Below are positions 13,664-25,430 of a stretch of 64,000 nt of DNA, piece by piece (the first letter of the stretch is position 1; every line of letters begins with the position of its first letter). The notes below the pieces were generated by a model that saw nothing but the letters and a program-made list of their open reading frames with translations, had not been told where the DNA came from and did not search any database. The DNA is from Isurus oxyrinchus (taxonomy: Eukaryota), in NCBI GenBank assembly GCA_026770705.1, contig JANJGN010000001.1, positions 32,426,001 through 32,490,000 on the forward strand. The letters are read 5' to 3'. The position numbers and the translations under genes were made by a program.

Positions 13664-14271
13664 GGGCAGAATCTTCTGGTTGGCACGCGGGGGCGGGCCC
13701 GACATGCTGACGCGTAAAATGATATGCAATGACAGTGGGCGTGCGTCCTGGCATCATTGCGCACCGTCGCAATATTTCGTTTGATGGGCATGCACCGGAG
13801 TCGGCTGCGTGCCCACCGAAATGTCAATGGCCTATTAAGGCAACCAAGAAATTAGTTAAAGTAGCTAAGAATGCTGTCCGTCCAACCTTAAGGTGGGTGG
13901 GCAGTTGAAAAGCCCAGGCAGACAGGATGAGATTTCCTGAAGCTTTTATAAATAAATATTCCCTCCTTTGCAAGAATGTCCCAACTCATGTGACACTGTC
14001 ACATGAGGGGAGATGTTTGAATAAATTTTTAAATCCATTCTTTATTAATTTTCATAACCATGCAGCTCCGTGCCTCAGGGAGATTGCTGCGCTCTTTTGC
14101 GTGCATGCATGAAGAGCGCAGGCCCCAACTCTCCCTCCTCCCCCCACCCACACAGCTGGGTGGGCCTTAATTGCCACCCGCATAAAATGGCAGCACACAG
14201 TCAATCGCAGGTGGCGATCGACTCTACACCCAGTTCCACCCAGCCCACCCACCATAGGAAAAACCCAGGCC
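13664..14271. mobile_element. PIF/Harbinger-type MITE
   Basis: Begins GGGCAGAAT; 3-bp TSD TAT/TAT; homologous to 14579, 18096, 48256. Confidence 0.75.
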
Positions 14272-14578
14272 TATAAGCCTCTTCTGTACTAGTACAAATC
14301 TTAACCTCCGTAAGAAGACATGGGGTGGATCTTTCTTGCTGAGTTCTTTTTTAATGGAATATATTTTTATGGAAAGTAATAACTTATGGAAAAAATAACA
14401 TTCTCACTTTTTTATTGGCTGTAAGAATGGCATTACCACTATGTTGATTAAAATCGTCATAATGATTAAAATAGCTATACAAGCAAAATACTGAGGATGC
14501 TGAGAATCTGAAATAAAAACAGAAAATGCTGGAAATACTCAGCAAGCCTGTCAGAATCTGTGGAGGGGGAAACAGTTA

Positions 14579-15248
14579 GGGGAGAATTTCTCCCCGTCGG
14601 GCGGGCTGGTCGGGAGTGGACGGAGGTGGGTGCAGAACCAATCGCCACTTGTGACTGGCTGCACGCTGCCATTTTACATGGGCGGGCCAATTACAGCCCG
14701 TCCAGCATGTCATGTGCCCAGCAGCGCTCAGTGCTACCTGTGTGGGCCGGAGGGAGGAGGGAGAGTCAGGGCCTGCGCTCTTTCACATGCATAAATCTCC
14801 CTGAGGCAGCTCCGTGCCTCAGGGAGATTAAGTGCAGTTGTAAAGTTGTAAAAAAATAAAATAAAATAATTCAGACATGTCCCCTCATGTGACAGTGTCA
14901 TATGAGCTGGGATATGTTTATGAATTTTGATAATTTTTATTTCATTTATAAATCCTTCATGAAACCTCATCCCGCCAGTGGATGAGGTTTCATGAAAAAT
15001 GCGAAGGCCGCCTGGGCTCTTTGCCTGCCCACCAACCTTGAGGTTGGATGGGAAGCTTTCTCAATTGGGTTAATTGTTTTATTAATGGTCTTAACAGGCC
15101 TTTGACATTTCGGTTGGTGCACACTTGCCGAATGGAAGATCAGAATGATGCACGGTGACATGGGGACACACGCCTGATGTCACCACACAGCATTTTACAT
15201 GTCGGCATGCAAGGCCCGACTCCGCATGCCAAACAGAAGACTCTGCCC
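14579..15248. mobile_element. PIF/Harbinger-type MITE inserted in a Penelope-tail-derived hairpin (~14478-15350)
   Basis: TIRs GGGGAGAATT…GACTCTGCCC; TSD TTA; removal restores ACAGTTAACATTTC. Confidence 0.82.
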
Positions 15249-15601
15249 TTAACATTTCAAGGTCAGAGTTTTGATATAAGATCACGGACTTGAAACATTA
15301 ACACAGATGCTGTCAAACCTGCTGATTATTTCCAGTTTTTTCTGTTTGATTAAAATAGCTAGATTAGCTAAGACAAACTAAGCCAGGACCTATCCCCCGT
15401 TCTTAAATTTCTCGAAAGAAAACTAAAGTGCTATAAGTCAATACGTTTAAAAGATGGAGTAGTGAAATAACTGTTTAAATATTGGTTGAACTAAGATTGG
15501 CAAGGGTAATTTTCAAAGATTGTGAACCAGGAGCAGAACTTCTCCAATTGACCCCACAGCATTATTATTCAAATGTTCTTTAGGTCAAGTAAACAAAATA
15601 A

Positions 15602-15708
15602 TCATCTGGATGTTTCATATTCAATTGTAATAGTATGGACAATACTTGATAACCTGTGCTTCCAGAGCACATTGTGTGACAATACATTGATTTGGTTTGT
15701 TTTCCTCC
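15602..15708 (-). CDS. Candidate exon 5 (cytoplasmic tail, possibly terminal): GRKTNQINVLSHNVLWKHRLSSIVHTITIEYETSR*
   Basis: Strong acceptor CCATTTTATCCGCCTTTTTTCAG; open in phase 1 to TGA at 15604-15602; gives a 315-aa protein. Confidence 0.5.
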
Positions 15709-16192
15709 CTGAAAAAAGGCGGATAAAATGGAGGACAACTTATCCTCATGGTTCCCTTGACACCTGTAGCTGTTTCAGAGCATAAACTGGGAACAGGTTT
15801 CCCAAATACCTTTTAGACCACAACCAGCAAGAAAGGGGAAAAAAAGGAAGAAAATAAAGTGCATTTCAAATGATATTTGTACATATATGAATTAATAATG
15901 GAAAGAGAATTTGCATTTGTGTAACACCTTTCACATTCACAAGTGCTTAACAGCAAATGTTTTGCTTTTGTGACATGCAGTCAATATAGTTATCTAGGCA
16001 AATGTTTGTTTTCTCAGAAAGTCACTCAGATTTCAGGGTGGATACTAAATAATACAATCCTTAGACAATTAGTCATGTTAATTCCAACACTTGTCTGGCA
16101 TCAGGACACAGGAGGGAAAGTACAATTGTTTGTTATATCAATAAGTTAAACTGATCATTGAATTTTAGCAGCATTTGCTGTAAATTTATTAC

Positions 16193-16351
16193 CTTTCATT
16201 CTTTTCTTAACCATCCTTACTGTTGTCAAGATTATGCAAACAATGAATAATATCACCGCTGAAGTACTGGTGATCACCAGCCATGGAATTCTGGTAGCAC
16301 TGGTATTGTTTGAAGTGTTGGGAGTGGTTTCCACTGAGGATGTGATAGATC
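16193..16351 (-). CDS. Exon 4: Ser/Thr-rich stalk, transmembrane helix and basic stop-transfer
   Basis: Acceptor TTTATTTTTGTAG, donor AAAG|GTAATA, 159 nt, phase 1-1. Manual translation GSITSSVETTPNTSNNTSATR-IPWLVITSTSAVILFIVCIILTTV-RMVKKRMK; not in the ORF track. Confidence 0.9.
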
Positions 16352-16436
16352 CTACAAAAATAAATCCCAGCTAAATAGTTTTGTCAAATTCACTAATCTA
16401 GAAAATACATCCTTATACAGTAATAAGGCAGATTAC

Positions 16437-16715
16437 CAGGCACTGGAATTTCCACTGGGCTGCTCTTCTCCATGCTAAAATTATTGCTGACTTTACAGAA
16501 GAAAAGACCATTACCCTCCTTCACTCTGGGATTGAGCACCAGTGTTTGATCATAATGTTTTATTTTCTTGGCTTTTTCCACCTTACTGGCCTTCCTGTGC
16601 CACATAAAATTGATAGGTAAAGAGCCACTTGCAACTTCACATTTCAATACGACTGTGCTTTGTTCTGTAATATTTTGAGCTTGAAAAACTCTGACAATGG
16701 GTTTTGAAACGTTAT
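16437..16715 (-). CDS. Exon 3: Ig C2/I-type domain
   Basis: Acceptor CCCCTTTTTTTTCAG, donor CCTG|GTAATC, 279 nt, phase 1-1. VSKPIV…VVLKCEVASGSLPINFMW…TLVL…GLFFCKVSNNFSMEKSSPV. Confidence 0.93.
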
Positions 16716-17271
16716 CTGAAAAAAAAGGGGTATTTTTCAAACTTGAAAGAAACAAAACTTTGACCATTGAATAGTGCATTGTAAACAGTTCTACAGTTTG
16801 TTATTCTTGCTTACAAATAAAACTATGTGAAAACTTTTTTTTATTTGATTAGGACAAGCGTTGTTTCTACAACCATTGAGATAACAAAATTCCATTATAC
16901 ATTTTGTTACCTGGTCCTTGTGAGTATGAAGTTGTTTGCCAATGATGTTGAATAGGAAAGTTCTCTCCACTGCCCACCATCCATTCACAATATTGCTGGT
17001 GCAGAAGAATTTAACCAAGAAAAATCATGGAGTTCTACAGAAATCATCTGCACCAAGGTTGCTTCTCCAGCATAAAAGGCGCCAGTAAGAGTGCAGATGA
17101 TCACCCTTCAAATGATTTAGGGTTATGACATTTCAATGGAAACATTTTCTTTTAATCATTAGAAATTCTAAATCTTTGCTACATTCTCACATCTGCAACA
17201 AAACTAGGAAAATTAAAGTGGAAATTAGAAACACTTTAAAAGTATTTTTCTTTGAACACCTGCCATCTTAC

Positions 17272-17619
17272 CTCTGGTAACAGTAAGGAAGGTCTCTTCA
17301 GATCTGATACTTTGATTCTTGCTATGTGCCTCACACCTGTACATACCAAGATCTTTTAGTCCCAGGCGAGTGATTCGGAGTGAGAGATTCCCAGATGAAA
17401 AATTTTCTGGCAGTTGAATCCTGTTTCGATAAGTTTCATCTTCAATATTGACTTCAGAGTTGCCATTGTTAATAACAGTTCCCGTTATTAACAATGAATT
17501 ATTCTTCAGCCAACTGAAGTTGATGTATTGGCCATTAATAAAACTGAAAGAGCATGGGAGCAATGCACTTCTCCCAACTGACCCATTCACCTTATTTTGC
17601 TGTGCTTGACTAGCAGAAA
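17272..17619 (-). CDS. Exon 2: Ig V-set domain
   Basis: Acceptor TTCTTCTTTTGCAG, donor AGAG|GTAAGA, 348 nt, phase 1-1. V-set hallmarks: GSVGRSALLPC, W (NFSWLK), YRNRIQL, GNLSLRITRL, DLGMYRC, FLTV. Confidence 0.95.
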
Positions 17620-18095
17620 CTGCAAAAGAAGAAGCAAAGATGTGAGGTAGCTTTCTGAATAATAAATTTCCACTTTATTTTACTAGATACAGCATTATTT
17701 CCCTTATATTTTTAAATGACACTTTTTTTACAAAAACAAGACGTGAGAGCAATAGTCTATGGAAATATTTTCCACATTTGCATTGTCATCTTAGGGATTC
17801 AGACAATATTTGAGTCTCAGTAACAACCAACCCCTTTGCCACGGTGCTGCCATCACTGCAGAGAGAAAATAAAACCCACACAGGTTTGATCAAGGTTGTC
17901 ACTGAGACAGATAAAAACGCCTAATTCATTATTTCTCCCATTAAAAATTTATTGATGATTAAAGTCATAGAATCACGGTCATACATGCTTCTGATACAAC
18001 TGTAACTTCACTACCTTTCACTCAAGTCAGTTATGTATAATGGATGGTGATAGAGCACCAATAAAATGTTTATCAGGCTTACAGTGAGCCGTAAT

Positions 18096-18557
18096 GGGCA
18101 GAATTTTCGGGTCGGTGGGCCGGGGAATGGACCGCCAACTGCAATTGGCCCCTGACCAGGATTTCACGCTGGCTGAGCAATTAATGGCCAGCCATGATGA
18201 AAGGCGTGCTGAAAAGCTCAGCGCTGCCAGGGTGGGGGCGGAAGGAGGGCAAGCGCTGAAGTCAGCACAAGTGTGGAAGGAAAGCTCCCTGAAGGCAGAG
18301 AGCTGCCTCAGGAAGCTGACTAGTTTAAAATCAATAAAAACAGAATTTAAAATCGGTTGGGTGGGGGTGGTGGATAAAATGTCCGCAAGTCAGAATGAGA
18401 CGCCGGAACACACAGATGATAATTTTTTTTTCAAAATATTTAAATCCTTTTTTAAATTTAATCATGGAAACTTCATCCCACCCTTGGATGAGGTTTCCAC
18501 AAAAATGCAAAGGTCACCTGGCCGATTCGTCCACCTGCTAAGCAGAAAACTCTGCCC
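18096..18557. mobile_element. PIF/Harbinger-type MITE in intron 1 of the Ig gene
   Basis: TIRs GGGCAGAATTTTC…GAAAACTCTGCCC; TSD AAT. Confidence 0.82.
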
Positions 18558-18784
18558 AATGAAAATATTAAAGATTTTCTACTTTCATAGTCTTTATCAT
18601 TATAAGATATAAAATTATTAAACCTATTAGATAAATGATATCAAAATATCAGTAAGCTGATTTCAGGGTTAAACTCGCAATAAAATTAATGAATGTCAAT
18701 GTTTCCCCTTCATAGGAATGCCAATTTCTCATTGTGAGGGTAAGAACGAGGTAAAAAATAGAGAAAGTCAGAAAGAAAAGAAAT

Positions 18785-20335
18785 AACTTGTATTTAGGCT
18801 GTATCTTTCATAACCTCAAGATGTCCCTAAGTCATTCACAGTCAACAAAGTATTTTTTTGAAGGGCAAGCCAATTTGAACATGGCAAGGTCTCTCCCAAA
18901 CAGTAAGAGGGATAATGTTGGCCAGAACACCAGGAGAACAGCCTTACTCTTCTCCAAATGTACCATGTGGTTGTCCTTTTTCCATCCAAAAGGCCCTTGA
19001 AATAATAGCCCAAATCTTCCATTCAGGGTTGGCACCCCCTGTTTCCGACCTTGAACAGGCAAAAAAATAAACACTTACCTTCCTCCAATTTTATAGGGCA
19101 GTCTTCTGATGGAGGATCCAGCAATTCAGTGCAGGAATCCTCAGAGGGAGCAGCAGAGAGAATCAATGCTCGAACCACACCCCCTTTTTACTGTACTAGT
19201 TGCCATATTCTGTAAGTAAAGAGTTTGAATGTCCCAAAGCTTCTTTGAAAAGTTGTGGAGAGAAGGTCAGTGTGTAAGGGAGTAGGATGGGTGAGGGGGT
19301 AGGGTGGTAAGTGAGTGAGGTGGTTGAGTGGTAGTTGGACAGGGTGGCAGGAAGCTGAGGTGATAAGTTTGTTGATGGATAAGGTGGTAGCTAGTAGGGT
19401 GGTATTTGGGCAGGGTGGCAGGTGAATAAAGTGATAAGGTGGTAGGTAGGGTGGCAGATGGGAAGGTAGGTAAGGTGGCAAGGTGGCAGGTTAGGATGTT
19501 AGGCAGGCAGGAAGCAGATGGGTATGTGGGCTGGGGTGTAGTTGGATCGGGCTAGTCAGGTCATGTCGTGGGTTACTTAGGTCAAGTCGAAGGGACGGGA
19601 TCTGGTGGGACCAGGTGGGGTGGGAGTTGGGCGATGAGGGGAAAGTCAGGTGATTAGGTCAGGGAATACTCATGTAGGCTGGGGAGTGGGGTGGGTAGTC
19701 GGGTCGTGGGGGCTGGTCAGGGGTAATTGGGATGTCAAGGGGGGAGTCTGGGCGGTCAGTGAGTGATTGGTGTATCAGTTGTATAGTTACCCAAGAATTA
19801 GATAGGGCTGGTTTTCTGGCCCCATTGCGGGCAGGACCCACCGCAGCTGAGACGCTGCCTCAGCTAGAAGTCCATTAACTTGTGGTGGGACCAGAAGATT
19901 GCGGTGGTGGGCGGGGTGCAGAAAAGCCTACCCTAGGTTTTTTTCTGTCTAACATTTCCTAGGTAACTATCTAGATAGGTAAGTTAGAACTGTCTGAAGT
20001 TTCCCACTCTAACTCAGAGTTGGAGACTTTGTCTGAGGGTCCTGGGGAGCAGGGAAATTGCCCATTGGAAGTTCAAACCTCCCAGGCAATTTCCATGGAG
20101 TCATTGCATTGGGACTTCCAAGGGATCCCGTGGCACATCTTATGGGGTGTATCTCATCTCCAACTATCCGAAGCTTGGATGAATGATTCATCCAAAAAAC
20201 AGCACCATCAATAGTACAGCACTAATTCCATGCTGTGCTGAAATGTCATCCTAACTTACATACTCAAGCCTCTGGAGTGTAGCTTAAACCTACAACCTTT
20301 TCACTCAAGAGGTGAGAGGACTGAGACTAGACAAG
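18785..20335 (-). mobile_element. tRNA-derived SINE (DeuSINE-like, L2-type tail) split by a G-rich non-autonomous element (~19005-20150)
   Basis: Tail at 18787-19000 and body/head at ~20170-20335; related tail pieces at ~29450-29590 and ~58760-58855; family name from recollection only. Confidence 0.55.
19005..20150. mobile_element. Non-autonomous element with a strand-biased G-rich interior
   Basis: Shared block AGTTACCCA…CTCTAACTCAGAGT…GAGGGTCC…GGGAAATTGCCCAT also at ~24160-24420 and ~52070-53290. Confidence 0.6.
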
Positions 20336-20389
20336 GGTGTCATGAATGCTGAACTTTGCAAGATGATCACATTTTAAAATGTACCTTTA

Positions 20390-20815
20390 ACTTAAAGTAA
20401 AACAGAGAATTCTGGAAAGGAATGCATAACTAGCTACATATATTAATACACAGGGCCCTGTTCTTTGCAGACAGAGAATATGTATACACATTGCGTCTGT
20501 TTCAGCTGAACAAAAGAAGTGATAGCCACTTGCTGACTCATTCCTCAGGGCAATGTCTTGACCAATCAGGGTCAAGCTGCCCGGTTTACATTTCAAAGAA
20601 TGCTTGGCAGTTAACTGTCAGTCACCATCACTGTGCATTCTCCATGGCAATACATCTGCCAATCAGAGTCCACTTGCCAGCTAATCAGCACGTTCTTCAC
20701 ATACAGTATAAATTGTTGTTTAACCCTTGTATTAGTAGTCTTGCGAAGTGTCCTGATGAGTGCAAGGCAAAAAGCTTTGACAAGTCTCTTTTTTTCAGCA
20801 AGTTCTGTATTACCT
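20390..20815 (+). mobile_element. Penelope-like element family B 3' fragment with hammerhead-like tail
   Basis: ATYINTQGPVLCRQ remnant; homologous to 61530-62050 on the reverse strand. Confidence 0.75.
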
Positions 20816-21065
20816 TGTAAACACCTCTGTTCTAAGAAGTGCACCTGCGGCCTCAGGTTGCCATGGAGAGGGAAAGTCAAAAAGAAATCCATTGTGTGTG
20901 GAATGGCAATTTTAACACCTTTCTCAGAACAGAGAAAAGCTGCTGCTGAGATGCAGACAGGACAAGGAACAGGCCCTCTGTGTTCCGGAGGAAATGATAG
21001 CAAGCAGAAGTAAAATTCTCTCTGGGGGGGGAAAAACATTTTTACAGAGCGGTTAAAGTGTTTGG

Positions 21066-23609
21066 AAACAAAAACAGAAATACCTGGAAAAACTCAGCAG
21101 GTCTGACAGCATCTGCGGAGAGGAACACAGTTAACGTTTCGAGTCCATATGACTCTTCAACAGAACTAAGGAAAAATAGAAATGAGGTGAAATATAAGCT
21201 GGTTTAAGGGAGGGTGGGACAGATAGAGCTGGATAGAGGGCCAGTGATAGGTGGAGATAGCCAAAAGGACAAAGAGGTGTTGAAGGTGGTGATATCTAAG
21301 GAATAGGTGACATTAAGGGTAGAAAGCAGGATGAGCAAGGTACAGATAGCCCTAGTGGGGGTGGGGTGGGGGGAAGGGATCAAAATAGGCTAAAAGGCAG
21401 AGATAAAACAATGGATGGAAATACATTTAAAAATAATGAAAAAAGGTGGGAAAAGAAAAATCTTTATAAATTATTGGAAAAAAGGGGGGATCGGAAAGCA
21501 GGTGGGGATGGAGGAGAGTGTTCATGGTTTAAAATTGTTGAACTCAATATTCAGTCCGGAAGGCTGTAAAGTGCCTAGTCGGAAGGTGAGGTGCTGTTCC
21601 TCCAGTTTGCGTTGAGCTTCACTGGAACAATGCAGCAGACCAAGGATGGACATGTGGGCATGAGAGCAGGGTCTAGTGTTGAAATGGCAAGTGACAGGGA
21701 GGTCTGTGTCATGCTCGCAGACAGACCGAAGGTGTTCCGCAAAGCAGTCACCCAGTCTGCGTTTGGTCTCCAATGTAGAGGAAACCGCATTGGGAGCAGC
21801 AAATGCAGTAACTAAATTGAGGAAAGTGCAAGTGAAGTGCTGCTTCACTTGAAAGGAATGTTTGGGCCCTTGGATGGTGAAGAGAGGGGAAGTAAAGGGG
21901 CCGGTGTTGCACCTTCTACGGTTGCATGAGAAGGTGCCGTGGGACGGGGTTGAGGTGTAGGAGTGGATGGATGTGGACTAGGGTGTCCCGGAGGGAACGA
22001 TCCCTGCGGAATGTTGCCGGGCAGGGTGAAGGGAAGATGTGTTTGATGGTGGCATCATGCTGGAGTTGGCAGAAATGACGGAGGATGATCCTTTGAATGC
22101 GGAGGCTGGTGGGCATGGTCCATCTCTGACAATTCCCTTCCCTTCCTTGACCTCTCTGTCTCAATTTCTGGTGATAGACTGTCCACTAATATTCAGTACA
22201 AACCTACCGACTCCCACAGCTACCTCGACTACAGGTCCTCACACCCCGCTTCCTGTAAGGACTCCATCCCATTCTCTCAGTTCCTTCGCCTCCATCGAAT
22301 CTGTTCTGGTGATGCCACTTTCAAAAACAGTTCCTCTGACATGCCTTCCTTCTTCCTTAACCGATGTTTTCCACCCACGGTGGTTGACAGGATCCTCAGC
22401 TATGTCTGGTCCATCTCCAGCGCATCCGCCCTCACACTTTCCTCTCCCTTCCAGAACCATGATAGTGTCCCCCTTTTCCTCACTTATCACCCCACCAGCC
22501 TCCGCATTCAAAGGATCATCCTCCGCCATTTCCGCCAACTCCAGCATGATGCCACCACCAAACACATCTTCCCTTCACACCCCCTCGGCGGCATTCTGCA
22601 GGGATTGTTCCCCCCGGAACACACTGGTCCACTCCTCCATCACCCTCTACACCTCAACCCCCTCCCACCGCACCTTCCCATGCAACCGCAGAAAGTGCAA
22701 CACCTGCCCCTTTACTTCCCCTCTCCTCAGCGTCCAAGGGCCCAAACACTCCTTTCAAGTGAAGCAGCATTGCACTTGCACTTCCCTCAATTTAGCCTAC
22801 TGCATTCGCCGCTCCCAATGTGGTTTCCTCTACACTGGAGAGACCAAATGCAGACTGGGTGACCGCTTTGCGGAACACCTTTGCTCTGTCCACACACATG
22901 ACCCAGACCTCCCTGTCACTTGCCATTTCGACACTACACCCTGCTCTCATGCACACATGTCCGTCCTTGGCCTGCTGCATTGTTCCAGTGAAGCTCAATG
23001 CAAACTGGAGGAACAGCACCTCATCTTCCGACTAGGCACTCTACAGCCTTCCGGACTGAATATTGAATTCAACAATTTTAGACCATGAACTCTCTCCTCC
23101 ATCGCACCCCCCCCTTTCCGATCCCCCCTTTTCTCCAATAATTTATATGGATTTTTCTTTTCCCACCTTTTTCCATTATTTTTAAATGTATTTCCATCCA
23201 TTGTTTTATCTCTGCAATTTTAGCCTATTTCGAACCCTTCCCCGCACCCCACCCCCATTAGGGCTATCTGTACCTTGCTCATCCTGCCTTCTACCCTTAA
23301 TGTCACCTATTATCACATTCTTTAGATAATATCACCACCTTCAACACCTCCTTTGTCCTTTTGTCTTTGACATCTTTTGGCTATCTCCACCTATCACTGG
23401 CCCTCCATCCAACTCTACCTGTCCCACCTCCCCCTGAAACCAGCTTAAATTTCACCTCTTTTCTATTTTTCCTTAGTTCTGCTGAAGAGCATACGGACTC
23501 AAAACATTAACTGTATTCCTCTCCGCAGATGCTATCAGACCTGCTGAGTTTTTCCAGGTATTTCTGTTTTTGTTTTGGATTTCCAGCATCTGCAGTTTTT
23601 TGCTTTTAT
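21066..23609. mobile_element. Penelope-like family A inverted pair (minus copy 21066-22113, plus copy 22114-23609)
   Basis: GIY-YIG remnants on both strands (ORFs 21522-21848 minus and 22039-23088 plus); tails point outward. Confidence 0.92.
21129..21167 (-). ncRNA. Hammerhead-ribozyme-like motif, family A (variant core)
   Basis: AGTT-CTGTTGA-A-GAGTC-ATATG-GACTC-GAAA-CG-TT-AACT: helix I AGTT/AACT, helix II GAGTC/GACTC, palindromic helix III. Confidence 0.65.
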
Positions 23610-23739
23610 ATGAAAGTGAACACCAGAATCCCTGGAATTCTGCATCATCAGGACTGTCGAGACCTGAGGGAAGAGGCGATTTGTCAAGATATGCCTTGCT
23701 CGTGATAATCGAGTCTGGAAAACTTGGACAGAGTGGAAC

Positions 23740-24420
23740 AATAGTCGAAGGACACTGGAAGTTTAGAGTTGGGTGAGATGGGGCATGCTGCCTAATTATG
23801 GCATTAGCTGCCAAAGTTTAAGTTTAAAACTTCTCCAATCTGAGTGAGTGAATGAATGCATAGGTGGGTGAGGTGGGTAGGTGCATGAGGTTTGAGTGGA
23901 TAGACAGGTTGGGAAGTAGTCGGGTCGTGTTGGGGGTTGGGGGTGGGGGGGTGCGGTGGCAGCAGATAGTGGGGTCGGGTCTGGAGGTCCGTCAGGTGGT
24001 CGGGGGGAGTTGGGTCAGGTGGCAGTCAGGGGGGTCAGCGCAGTGGTTGTGGGGGTAGTTAGGTGGTCAGGAGGTATTCGGGGAGGCAGAGGTTAGTGGA
24101 GTTGTTGGGACAGTGGTTGGGTTGGGAGGTCATGTCAGGAGTTGTGGGAGGGATCAGTGGTGTAGTTACCCAGCTGTTAGGTTTTAATCTGGGTAACTAT
24201 TCGAGCAAATACTGTGAAACAGTCCCAAGTCTCCGACTCTAAATCAAAGTCGGAGATATTCATGGAGGGCCCGGGGAACAGGATAATTGCCCATCAGATG
24301 TTTAAGCTTTCCGGGCAATTGTCACAGGTCCAGGCAACTGGACTTTCACCGGGTCCCGACGCGCATCTTCAGTTGCAAGTCGAGTCTCCGACAATCCAGA
24401 GATCGGAAGATTGCCCCATG
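23740..24420. mobile_element. G-rich non-autonomous element, same family as 19005-20150
   Basis: Shared internal block; ends GGAAGATTGCCCC. Confidence 0.55.
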
Positions 24421-25257
24421 TAATCATTCTATCATCAGAGATGCAGCACACTTTTGTGGATCTTATTAGCAAATTTCTTCTAGGAAGTTAGCAATCAGAA
24501 GAGATTTTTTGTATTCTTTTAAAAAATCCAATTAACTTTGTTTTTGGAGTTATATGCCAGCTTATGTTGTTAGTAGGGTTAACTCTTGCTTCATTCAAGT
24601 TCAACCATATCGGGGACGAACTGGTTCTGTAAGACTGCCCTTTCACCTCCTATTAATCAACCCTTTAGCAGTAGCAAGGGACCTACACAAAGAGATCTGA
24701 GCATTCTCAACCTAAAACCGAACTATTTGTTTCCAGTACAGATGTGCATTTAATTCAGCAGTAAGCATCAATATCATTTAAAGAGAGTATAATGCTGGCT
24801 GGCATAAGAATTGGAACAATTCACAATGGTGCTGTGAGGGCTGAAACTGGCATTTAGGTATGTGGCTGAAGATTCTGGGAGACAAGAATTTATTATGCAC
24901 CTGGTGCACACAATGACCCTGAAAATGCTTACAGTGAGAGACAAATTGAAAAATACTTCTGTAACACATGCATCTTTTACAATGACCAGAAAATATGATT
25001 ATAAAGTAACAGCTGAAAATAGTAGTAACAAAATTCTGTCTCAATCTTTGAAGACAGTTCTGAAACAACTGTTTGCACCCATTTTTAACAGCAGACATTA
25101 ATAAATTTTGCAAATTTCAATATTGTGCTCCCAAACTAAAATCCAAATAATCTACAGACATTGAAAGCAAAAGTGGATCCAACAATGAACGTTTTGGTGC
25201 ATCATTTTCAACTCTTCTTCAATTTGAGGAGCATGCATTGTTTCCTGTATCACTTAC

Positions 25258-25312
25258 CAGTAACAATATAAAGCCAAGTTGTAAACTGTTTTCTCGAAAC
25301 CTTTATTGTCAT
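25258..25312 (-). CDS. Exon 1 (leader) of an Ig-superfamily type-I membrane protein: MTIKVSRKQFTTWLYIVT
   Basis: ATG at 25312-25310; strong donor CTG|GTAAGTG; phase 1, joins the IgV exon in frame (…YIVT-V-SASQA-QQNKVNGSVG) to give a plausible signal peptide. Confidence 0.75.
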
Positions 25313-25409
25313 TGTGATCCTTAGTACAGTTCAGCTAAAATAACAAGCTTTTCAAAGGCTTTAAAGAAAAGACAATTGCTTAACGTTTCACATCGCCACT
25401 CTCCATTAG

Positions 25410-25430
25410 CACTTCCTATGAGTCATTTCC
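25410..25430. promoter_or_regulatory. Adjacent ETS (CACTTCCT) and AP-1 (TGAGTCA) motifs plus a second TTCC, about 100 bp upstream of the Ig-gene ATG
   Basis: Sequence CACTTCCTATGAGTCATTTCC; consensus matches at a proximal-promoter position. Confidence 0.45.

Noticed and set aside
17225-17640. V exon as a rearranging antigen-receptor segment (Ig/TCR/NAR)
   Set aside because: No CACAGTG/ACAAAAACC recombination signal after the YxC motif; the G strand is in the same exon, which splices directly to a C2 exon.
18094-18612. 172-aa ORF in intron 1
   Set aside because: It coincides with a MITE bounded by TIRs and a TSD; no domain is recognisable.
22039-23088. 349-aa ORF as an intact gene
   Set aside because: It crosses the inversion junction and is out of the RT frame in its first half; only the C-terminus is real GIY-YIG sequence.
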